A stretch of DNA of 64,000 nucleotides from Raillietiella orientalis (taxonomy: Eukaryota): the NCBI GenBank assembly GCA_036172245.1, contig JAYWIR010000056.1, forward strand, positions 744,001-808,000, written 5' to 3'. Under the pieces are notes generated by a model that saw only the letters and a list, made by a program, of their open reading frames with translations, did not search any database and was not told the origin of the DNA. Every line of letters starts with the position of its first letter. Positions within the stretch are counted from its first letter, which is position 1. The translations under genes were made by a program, and so were the position numbers. Shown here piece by piece: positions 53,275 through 64,000 of this stretch.

Positions 53275-53744
53275 CCAGTGCTGCACCTGAAGCCCGTTGG
53301 CCAACTAGCGTCATCCTGGGGGAAGAATAGAAACCCACAACGCACCTCTAGTTCTCAGCACTCATCCTTCCTTGGGTGGGATCCCAACCTTGAAAGCTTG
53401 GTTCCACGCGCGGAGTCCACAGCCACACGGCCACCTTCTAGGAGGCAAGGTGACCTGACAGTCCCCGCGATCCAGTGAAGGCCAGCGGGGAATGGAAGCT
53501 TTTAGACCCGTGCGGAGGGCATGGCAGTTGGTGCGCCAGCGAAGCCACTCTTCAGGTGGCGAAACCGAAATCCACTGACGATGGGGCCTCTCACGTCTTT
53601 TTCTGGGACGCGTCCGTCCGCTTTTACGCTGGGTCTCCTTCTCTCTGGACGCCACGTTAGCTCCCTATCTCGGCCGACCTCAGCGGTGCCACATTTTCCC
53701 GACCGGTCACCCCGCAGCAGGCTACCTCACGCGTCTTCAGGCAA

Positions 53745-54440
53745 GAAAGTCCTCTCTTGGAACAACGCCGTCCTTTAGATGAATATGCGGAAGGAAACTG
53801 AGCTCTCCTGAGCTCGTGGAGAGTTCCGGATATCCATCGGTCCAGGAAACATCTCGGATATCCAGCCGAGTCATTTCCATGAATCCCGGTGTTGACGGTG
53901 CCCTCGAGCTGCTCATCCGCTCGTTCATAAAAGATGAAGGCAGGTAAAGAATCAGAAGTGTGATGAAGTGAAGCAAGATGAAGTGGCGACCCGCTGTGTG
54001 CTGGCTCTGAATCCTTTCCATTCAGCTATTCAATTGCCTTTGGGAAATGAGAGCGTTCTTGATCGATCCGGGTAGAGAATGTCTGAGGGAAAATTTCCGG
54101 AGAAACATGCACAAGATAGCTGGAGTGCAATTCCCCAGCTTCCTGGTTTTCATGCACTCGGAGTTCCTGAGACGACGGGTCGCACCCAGGCAGGTCCTCT
54201 TGTACGAGCTATGCGCCGAGCTAGCCACAGCCTTCTTCCCTCTTTCTGGAGTCCTCCAAGGCTACGGAAGGGAATTCCTCTGCACTGGATGTGGCACCAA
54301 GAACTCATTGGTCGTTTCGCAGAACAAGGGCTGGTTAGAGACTGGTATCTGTCTTGGGGGCCGGTTGGTAAGTGCTTAGTCCCCAGTCTGCTCTTGCCGT
54401 TCTTTTTACCTTTGCCCCCCGCTTCTTCATGGCGGTGAGC
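53745..54440 (+). mobile_element. Deleted LINE remnant (endonuclease start joined to a C-terminal/3' piece)
   Basis: KVLSWNNAVL followed by a frameshifted DI...QET resembles the APE start; ends in a pyrimidine-rich tail. Confidence 0.4.
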
Positions 54441-54800
54441 TGTTGCTTGGCATCCGAGAGCGTATTGGCTTTGAAGACTACTTTTGTATTTACTTGACCA
54501 GAAAGCAGTTCTGGTCAAGTAAATACACTTTTGAAATGTGACTTGTAAATGAGAAGGAAGGAAGGAAATTTTTGATCCATATTTTCATTTCAGTTCCAGG
54601 GATTTGAAGTTCCTCATTTTGCTTTCGTAGTTTCGTATCCTCTTGATCGGTCTTGTGTCTAAATCTCAAGTTAACTATGTATTTGTTGAAATTACTGATT
54701 TGTGCGATAAAGCGATATTTTTGCCGATATGTCACTAAAATGTTTTAAACTTGTGGTAACCCTTACAGACGTGTTTTTCTGTGAAACTTGAAAATGCCTG

Positions 54801-57800
54801 ATGGACCCAAACCATTGCAACATGATCGCTAAGGAGCAGCCGAAAGATCCTTCCGCAACAATTGAAGTAATTATTATTAAAATGTTTATGTTTAATCATT
54901 GTCCACTAATAAGAATGTGCTTTCTAAGAAAGCATGTGGAACTCTACACCTTCATAAACCCCTATTTGCATCTATATTTATAATTTGAAAGGTGGACACA
55001 AAATATATTTTTTTCCAGTAAAGCCATGGTGTTAAGTGAATGAATAAACTGAATCTGTTTTTATATGTAGATTGATTTGCTGAATAAAATCGGAGTTAAG
55101 GCAATCAGCCATACCAATATCGAACGAATAGCACATGAAAAATTAGAAGCCTCAATAAGTAAAGCTAAGCAGAATGTTTTGCTGAAGAAAGTAGAGGATC
55201 TTAACAATGATATAAGGTTACGTGTTTTCCATAACTACTTGTTAAGTTAATTAGAATTTCTATTAGATTTATAAAATTAACTAGTGTCAACTGCAAGGAT
55301 ATAACTTTACAATTAAATGAATACAATATTTTTTAGGAATCTAAAGGATAGAATTGCTGACAAGGAGAAGCATTTGAATCAAGGTGCAGGGACTGTAAGA
55401 AGATTTGAAACTCTTACTTCGCAACTAGTGAAGCTTCAAACAAAATTAAAAGAATTGGAAACTACAAAGAATGAAATCAATAAAATCTTGGAAAACCAGG
55501 TAGTCTGTTTATTATAAACTCTGCATGACTCTGTATAAAGACGTTGATATGATTACTTATGTTTTCAAAATATTTTCTTGCTAATTTCATCAGAGTTGCA
55601 AAAATTCTGCAGGACTTGTGATTTTTGAATGTGTAACATGAACTCAGCACATCATTTAACAAATACTCTAGCAAATGCCTTCTGTTTACTGGCATATAGA
55701 GACATATTTTGCATGAGCATTGAGTTGAGCAAAACACAAGATCTATTGAATAATATCTCATAGTATAGAAAATTCCTTTGTTTTAATGATTTTACAGGAA
55801 AAATATGGTGTGAGAAAGTAGAATAGTTATTCTTAGATCATGCTTACTTTATAAAAAATGCTTTGACTCTTTGAAAAGTGTAATGACAAGCTTTTGTGTC
55901 GAGCTCATTAAAATTGTACTTGAGAAATTTGCATCCTTGATTGCAAATAAGAAAAGTTTATTAAATCATGAGCAAAGTCTGAGATGGCAACTTCCTGAAG
56001 AAACTATTATGCTGTAATGTACGAGGCAGAAAATTTCGATTTTGACTTTATCATCACCATAATCTTCAGCTTAATATGGCATGCTGTGTAAAGCAATGTT
56101 CATACAAATAGCAAATTAGAAAGAATTGTATTTTACAGGATGCAGTGAAATTTTTAGGCTTAGGTTCTCAAAAATTTTTAAATTTAGGTTCTACAAATTG
56201 TATGAATTTCAAAAGAAAAAAGACATTTAAGAAAACATGCAAAACCCCTGAAATGTGCTGTAGAACTGAAACAATCATAGTTGCTCAAAAAAGCGTAAAT
56301 AAAAGAGGTGAAATAAAATAGTTCTGAGAAACAGGAAAAAACTGAAAATTAAGGTTAATTTTGAAAATGCTATCCTTAAGTTTTAAAAACAATGATAATG
56401 TCAAATAAAAGCAATTTTCTATAATGGAGTGAATTAATATCATAAAATTCTTTGAAAGTTCAAAAGAACTTTATTAGAAAGTGGTTGAAGTCAAGGTGAA
56501 GTGGTTGATGGAAAAAGTATTAAGTTTTATTTTATCTTTGGCATTTACATCAACTTTATGAATACTTCAAAATCTAGATCATAATTAAACCTTATTATAA
56601 TCATAATTGGGATTCACTGAATTTAGTAATCTATTATGAACAGGACCATATTTTTAGGTGTACATTCTGAGTTTTGAGGATGATATTTTTATTTTATTGT
56701 TTTTAGCTACAAGAGTGGTGTGCAAGGGAAATCCTTTTTTGCAAACAAATTTAAATGTCACAACAAGATTCTTTTGAATAATAGTTTGTGATATCAATGT
56801 CATGAATGCTTTAGAATTTTAAAGAGACTTCTTTCATGACATTGATTAGCTGGTAGCAAATTACAAGATCTTTATATAATGATCAAAAAATGAGTGATGA
56901 AAAAACTAAGCTATTTAGAACTCATTGTGAATGGCATACTAAATAGATATGCTGTCAAAAATCTGGAATGTCTGTTGGTGATGCAGAGAATGCAGTGGAA
57001 ATTGCAAATTTGTATCCCTTCATCCTGTGCAATTGGAGTTAACTATGTTCATTGACGATAAGGCTTTGAATTACGAAGAAAAAATTACTTTGCCAAGTTT
57101 TTGTTATTGAGCTCTTTATTTTTCATTATGTGCAGTCATTTATGAACATATGTTTAGATTGAGGTTGAACTTTTAGATATTTTTAATTCATATTGTAATA
57201 TTTTGCTCATATTTTCAATTCCTTTATTGCTTTCTTCCTTTATGATTTATGCAGATATTTGCAATTGATGCTTTTTCTGTGCAAGATTATACAAAGCATT
57301 TTTGAATTCTGTTATGGGTTAACTGTAACTGTGAAATTAAACTAGTGATAAAATTGCATGATTTCATATATTCCATAATAAGTTTATTGTTTTGATTTTT
57401 CTGATTTTCAATTCAAGTAGACAATAATAGTAATAGTAGTGGTAACTGAAAGTGTATTTTGTTTTCTATCTTGTAATTTTGAGGTATTTAATTTTGAAAA
57501 ATTACTTTGTAAAAACAATTGAATTCAGATTAAAAGGAATTTTTGTAGCTATCCACATCCAAAGAAGACAGGGGACAATTGAAGTTTCCGTCCTGTGATG
57601 AAAGGTATGCATTTTTACACTTCTGTATCTGTATATAGAGTGACAAAAAATATTCTAGCTTTATTTCTAGAAAGTGTTTGATTTTATCTTCAATTACTTG
57701 AACTCACATTTTTAAAAGTCCTGTTTGTTTGTTATTCTTTATTCCTTTCTTTGAAGTTATGTTCAAGTTTAGGCAAGCATAACTTCAGGCATTCTCTGCT

Positions 57801-60800
57801 TTGGTTATGCATTAGGATCAAGTTAGAATTTCAGTTACATCATTATAAGTTCAATAATCTTTATGTCTCATAATATGAATTCCATTATTTCTGTTATCTA
57901 TATTTCATCTAGTAAGTGTGATTATTTTGATTACAGACCCAAACAAATCAAATTTGAAGGTCATTGTAGATGTAGACAGTTATTGCTTGAAGCAAACATA
58001 ATTGATACTGTACTCATTCAGGTGTTAACATTTTGTTCAATTTGTAACTTTTACAGAATTACTTCCTCCACAGTTCACCATATTTTAACTTAAGAAGTTT
58101 GATAAGTGGATTCTTTTTAGCAGGCATAGTTTATTACTATTGAAAGGCCACTTAAATCTTTGCAAAGGGATAGCCTTACTCAAATGTATGCATTCATAAA
58201 TCCATGAATGTTATAGTCTTCGGTTTTCATTTTTATTTTTAGTGTGCCGTGGAAATCCAAAAACTCGGTTTTCCTTATGATGTTAGCAATACTCTTTTTT
58301 GATATCTCAAGTTATGCAGACTTTTTAAAGAATATTGTTTTATGATGAGTGTAGTTTCATTGCAAAAATTGTTGTGTACCATATTCTACCATGTTTTATG
58401 AAAAAGTAATGCATTGTTAATTTTCTCCTCTTGTTGTGGGAAACTGATATAGATATTGTTTTGAGCGTTTATTTTCGTATTCCGAACATCATTATAAGTT
58501 CAACATTTGATTAAGTTGACAGAAAATAATGTGTTGAAAAATGTGTTTTTTGTGCCTAATAAGTATTGTTTTTCATGTTTTCATCATTAAATGAAATAAA
58601 AATCGAAATAATGTTCTCCAAGCATTCATATTAATAAAAAGATTTGGAATGGTAATTTTAGCAAGAAGTATATTTAATGTGTAACTATATCTTTGAAACA
58701 TTCACTCATGATTACACAGAGATTTTTATCGTATCCTGTTAAGAGAAACATTTCACTTGTATGAAAGGAAAACATTACTGCTGCTTCAAGTGTAATCATC
58801 AGGAGAGAATGCTAATAAAATGTGAAGTTGCTAGGATTACAATTTTTCATTTCAGTGGTACTTGGGATGCTGTTCACTTCAGTTTGATTAAAAAGTGTGT
58901 TTACTTGAACATATTCAGTCTCAGTGAAGTGTGAAGTGTCTTAGCAAATATTTAAATTTTGCTCTTACAAGGTGTGCATACCAAGGAAAGAGCAGCTGAC
59001 TAAAACCTGCAAAAGTTATTAATTTGGATGGAGAGGGTGTTTGTTTTCAAACTGCTTTATTCCTGTTTTCAAATTTTTATGGAGTTAACATTCGTATCAT
59101 TAGAATGAATATTTAAAAATCATAATTCTTGTGATGTTTGTTGTTGCCCATGGTGCAAATCATGCAGGATTCACTTTCAGGAACACACATATATTAACTA
59201 TTAGCGTACTTTGCTAATACTTTAACTTATTCTTTTTATTAACTCTAATGGGATATCAGTGAAGAATTTCAGTAGGCATCCATATGTGCTTTTAATCAAA
59301 TTCGTGAAGCATGTATTGGTTTGAATTCTAAGTCAATGTATCTTTGTCTTTAGCAGAACTGTGGTATCAGAGCAGTAATTATGCTCTGCTGCCACAATCT
59401 TTATGTTAGCTTTTTTGTGAAGGGAAAGAATTTCTTCAAAGTTTTTTAAATAATACCAGGTTTTGCATGCTGTGTTTTCAAATGATTATTATAAGTAGAT
59501 TCACACAGTTTGTTTTTTTTGTATGTTTTTGTATATTTGAACCTTACATTTTAGGTCCTTTTGTTCACCATCATTCCAAACAATCTCTAGTAAAAATGTG
59601 TTACAAAAAGAGTTTGACTATAAAGATGAAATTGAGTCACAGTCCACAGATGGAAGTGAAACTGAATATGAAGCTGTCTCTGATGGCAGTGAACTCTCAG
59701 ACTTCTCATCAAATGAGGAAGGTAGACTTCTTTTGCATATGAAATAAAGTAATCATAGAAGTATTTCATGATATTGAATTTGAACTTTTCTACTGAATAT
59801 GAATGTTGAGTTTTAATTGCTGAATGAAAAAATGACTACTTGATCCCACTTTTCTGCCTACAATAAAGCTGTTATCATGCCTCAGTGTTATAATTGGTAT
59901 CATGTTTATAACTAGAGCCATCAGTTCTTATAAGTTTTTGCTTTACTTAACTTGCTTTCTTTTATTCATAATTCATTGCTTTATTCGATTTGAAGTCGTA
60001 ATATAATTTGTAATATACATTTTTTTTCTTTCCATGATCCTTTTCCACTACGTAATTGCATTCCAATTGTCGTATAGTTCCGTGTTTTATGATACAAATT
60101 CTTTTTAGCATTCTGTCTAAATTGATTTTCATAAGTTCAAAAGAATATGGTATTTTATTCAAGTGAAAATGTTGCCACAGCATTTGTATTAAATCTACTA
60201 AGAAATTAGATGGAATTTTGATGAAATATTAGTTGTAAGTTAGGTATTATTACCTTACCAATGACCGAAAATTCATCTTTGAAGATGAAATTTACCAATA
60301 AATAATAAAACTGTTAAAGTCTTAAAAAAAAAAAAAGACCAGCTATTGTTTATTGTCTTTAATCAGTAACTTGGAATATCTGATCGCATTCCATTTCAAT
60401 CTAAGAAAAGTCCTGGTGAGAATGAATATTACAAAAAAATCCAAGAAAGTCGTTTCAGGAAAATAGATAGAAAGTATAAAATGAGAGACATTTTCTTATA
60501 AATGCAGAAGTACGAGTTTTTCACATACGTGTTCAGAGCTATAAGAAATCGATAGGATTAAGCGAAATATGACATTGTTAAAGATTTTGCATGTAGTAGC
60601 ACAATAGAAAAATTTGAACATGTTGTCACAATCCAGTTTGTCTTAACATATGATCAAGTGCTTGCAAATGGTTTATGCTTTAAACGTCCAAAAAAGAAAA
60701 TATTTTACACGGAACTTCTGTGTACAGCTTGTCATTCAGAATACAAATGACAGAACATGTTATCACTTAGTAGTAAAAGATTGCTTCTTGGGAGAAAATA

Positions 60801-63171
60801 GGATTAATCCATCCTACATAGTTCTGTTATGGATGTATCAATAGGTCTTTTATATTAATGTTTCTGCAAAAGATCTTACAAATTTCATAAATGATGTAAC
60901 CCAGTATTTTTGAATGCATATTGATCTCCAGGAAAAGAGACCAATTATAATAAAGTAATGCTTCAAATCGTGATTCCAAGGTATTTCTCTTGAATCATAA
61001 TTACATGATGTTTTCAAAATAGTCTTCATCGTTTGGAAGAGCCATGTAATCACTGTGTACCAGGAAAATCAGCCTTAGTTCAATCACTTTCATTTTAGGA
61101 TTTGGTGTTACTGCATCTAACGATATTTCAAAGTAGCTCCTAGGAAAAGGAAAAGTGTTCCTTGCATACACTTTGCAGCAGAAATGTGCTCTTAATAGAT
61201 GTGAGTGATATAAATTTTATGAATAGAAGCTTTGTTGTAGACCAAAGTACTTTAAATTTATTTGTGGCAATAGCATTAGTATTATATTGATTTCAAAAAA
61301 TCTCATGGCTTAGCCAAAAAAGTGGATTGACAAGCAATTGGGAATAAGAGAATCATGTTCCCAAAAGAATGCAGTTTCAGTGAAAAGCAGCTGTTTAGTT
61401 AAAATTCTGGCTTCTTATTTGGATTAGTGTAAAACTAGAAGTAGTGCCTAGACTTTATATGTGTGGGAAGATGGCTAATGCCATGTTTTTATTGTTTGCA
61501 TGCTAAGTTTGAAGAACTGAGATTTTTAATAAAAAGTTTAGCATCTCATGTGCGAGTGGTAAACTGGAGCAGGAAGGTGTAGATATAATTTAAACAGTCG
61601 TCCAGTCGATTCATAAACAAAGTATTGCAAATAGGATTGCACAGTAACTGGAAATCAAGGTTACACTGGGATTCACCAATGATACCTCTCTATTTATTGA
61701 ACGAGTGATACAATCAGCTCAGTAGTTTTTGATTAAAATTCAAGCTGTCATATTTTGCTTTGACTGTGACTGGTGTGATCTAACTGATGTAAAAATTTGA
61801 ATTCCTGAACATGAAGTGACTTATAAAAAACTGCTTATAATGGGGATTTTTGTGGACAGCTAAAGAGGAATTCCGAACCTCGACTCATAGAACTCTGGCA
61901 TGGACAGCATCTCATTTTAACCAAAGGAAAACTGACAGAATCGTTAATGAACGTGGATACAACCCCACAGAATTCAACATCCAGAAGATGAAAGCACTTG
62001 ATTTTCATTAATTGTTTTATTGTGTCCTTGAATGAAATTTCTCTTTTAATTATAGAAATATTACAAAATCAATTAGAGCGAAGATGAAGAGCGAGTTTCT
62101 TCATTGATATGCAGAGTAGCACTTCTCAGATCCGGATTTTCAAGTCAGTGCTTAGTAAATACTCAAATAACAATTCAAATCATTATGCAGAGAATGATTT
62201 GAAGCTGTCGCGAGCTTGGAAAAAAAAATATGATTAAATAGCAGTTGGCAATTATTTTCGTTTGTACTTTGTTTTTACCTTTTTTTTTTTTTCATATTTT
62301 GTGTAAGTAAATTACTGGTGTTGCATATCGTGTATAGTGTTGTAAGCCAAATAGTGAACTTCAAATGAAATTGCTAATTTCCTTTTTAGTTAAATTTGAT
62401 TGTTATTAGCATTTTCTATGTTAATTGTATTGTACTGAAACACTCAGGATTCTTATAAATTGCAGAAAGTCTGTCCTCTGGCTAAGTGGTTTTCAGACTT
62501 TAACAGATTGTAACTAATGGTATCATGTGCACAATGAATATCGATAATCTTCCCTATTATTTTTTGTGGTTGTGACAAATGCACGTTGCATCTTTTTGAT
62601 GGATGTTTTCAAATGTTTAGATGATGGTGATGAAAAGTGTTTCCGGGAAAGAATTGGCAAGATTGATAAGCAAAGGGGAAATGATGACGACTCCCAATGT
62701 ATAGAATTGTGCAAGGACTTTTGGATAACCAAATATAATTGGGAGAAGCTATATCAGTATGTGTTCTTTCATGTGTGCTCTCAGTATTCTGTACAGTTTT
62801 GAAAAAAAAAATTTCTTCCATTAGGTATCAAAAGACAGGTATTCGATGGTTGTGGGAATTGCATCAGCAGCAATGTGGGGGTATACTGTCGGATGAAATG
62901 GGTCTTGGAAAAACGATTCAAATAATTGTATTTCTACAGGGTCTCTCCCTGAGTAATAAGCTGATCGGAGCAAGGTATTGTATTCCGAGATTTTGTGCAT
63001 GCATTTTTTAATGTCTTCAGCTTAATTTCTCAAACATTTTCAGCTCTTTTGGTCTTCAGGCATCTCTTATTGTAACTCCTGCTACTGTGTTAAAGAACTG
63101 GGTCTCAGAGTTTCATAAGTGGTGGAATAAAATGAGAGTTGCATTGTTTCATGAAACTGGAACTTTTATGG
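54801..63171 (+). CDS. ERCC6: DNA excision repair protein ERCC-6 / CSB (SNF2 ATPase), 5' part; continues beyond the window
   Basis: Exons 54801-54866, 55071-55216, 55337-55499, 57549-57604, 59555-59721 (acidic), 62621-62756, 62825-62974, 63044-63171, all phase-consistent. [46 protein letters not shown] and [20 protein letters not shown]...LFHETG are CSB-like. The N-terminal exons are less certain. Confidence 0.9.
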
Positions 63172-64000
63172 GTAATTTTTGTAAAGCATGCTGGTAATGT
63201 GTACTTGAGACTCATTGAATTAACGTCCCAAATGAGTGAAACTGTGATGTTCGTTCGTTTTTGAGCTGTTGAGAAGTTTGGAGAAGTTTGGTTACATGTG
63301 AAACAATGACTATTAAACTTGTTAAACGTTTTTCAAGACTGGTACCATATCAGAATTATAATGACTTCAGATCTTCTTGCCTCCGTTTGAACTTTTTTTG
63401 TTTTGTTTTTGTAGAGCAACATTTAGGTTTTCATTCATTATCGTTGTTTTTGAGCATGGAATCCCTTTTGCTGTACAGAGTACACAAATGTTTTGGGGAA
63501 GCAAATATTGACTACCCATCAGTGATTTCCACTATCGGCTGTTGTCTAAGAATTCGGAGATTACTTTTGCACTTCTCGATGTGCATTATTTTATATTAAA
63601 AAAAAACTTGAATAGTTGGGGTTTGATGGCTCATTTTGTTTTTTGTATTCATGGACATTTGCTAGTTCACAGAAGCTCGATGTCAGATCCTCAATTTTAT
63701 GTTTAGAGCAAAGAAAAATGTGATAACGCGTTTAGTGAAATCTATTATCGAGACGAGTATAGATGAGTTTTAAATCAATCAGTTAGCATGTAGACTAGTA
63801 CTGAATGAACTGTTTTGATCCTTTGCTACCTGTGTTGTTTCCAAGCTTGTGGAGAGCCCTAGCTGCTTTTTGTTTATTTTCCCTTATGCTTTTAGGATTG
63901 TAGTACTAGATAATTGTTCCATGTAGTAGCTCATGTAATCCTCTTTAGCAGGTATTTAGCTTAAATTATATGATGAGGCTTTTATTGAACGACAGCATTA

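Noticed and set aside
60640..61060. Possible antisense piggyBac- or RT-like relic in the ERCC6 intron (KYLGITI, SDNMF), recalling primate CSB-PGBD3
   Set aside because: Too degenerate to assign, with no TIR or TTAA ends found. A translated HMM search (DDE_Tnp_1_7, RVT_1) would be needed.

Overview
Eukaryotic (invertebrate animal) genomic DNA with very short introns (37-55 bp). The window alternates sharply between GC/CpG-rich blocks (~1-10.6 kb, ~33-54.5 kb) and AT-rich blocks. The GC-rich blocks are packed with degenerate, nested L1/Tx1-like LINE fragments, and the second also holds an apparently intact four-MAM-domain gene whose introns carry an AT-rich MITE-like family. The AT-rich blocks carry housekeeping genes: SRPK (-), Ku80/XRCC5 (+), CHRAC1 (+), an EF1-delta-like gene lacking its GEF domain (+), RIOK3 (-) and the 5' part of ERCC6/CSB (+). 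Most interesting: (1) Ku80-CHRAC1-EF1delta-like form an operon-like tandem, with 113 and 121 bp spacers that each run from a polyA signal to an unpaired splice acceptor about 100-110 nt later; an in-frame Ku80-CHRAC1 fusion splice is also possible. (2) The GEF-less EF1-delta paralogue needs a 45-bp U12-type intron. (3) The LINE family has a covarying two-hairpin 3' tail, with insertions supported by target-site duplications and an empty-site paralogue. All gene models were spliced and translated by hand, homology calls come from remembered motifs rather than searches, and composition statements are by-eye estimates. Most GC-rich ORFs in the supplied track are spurious.
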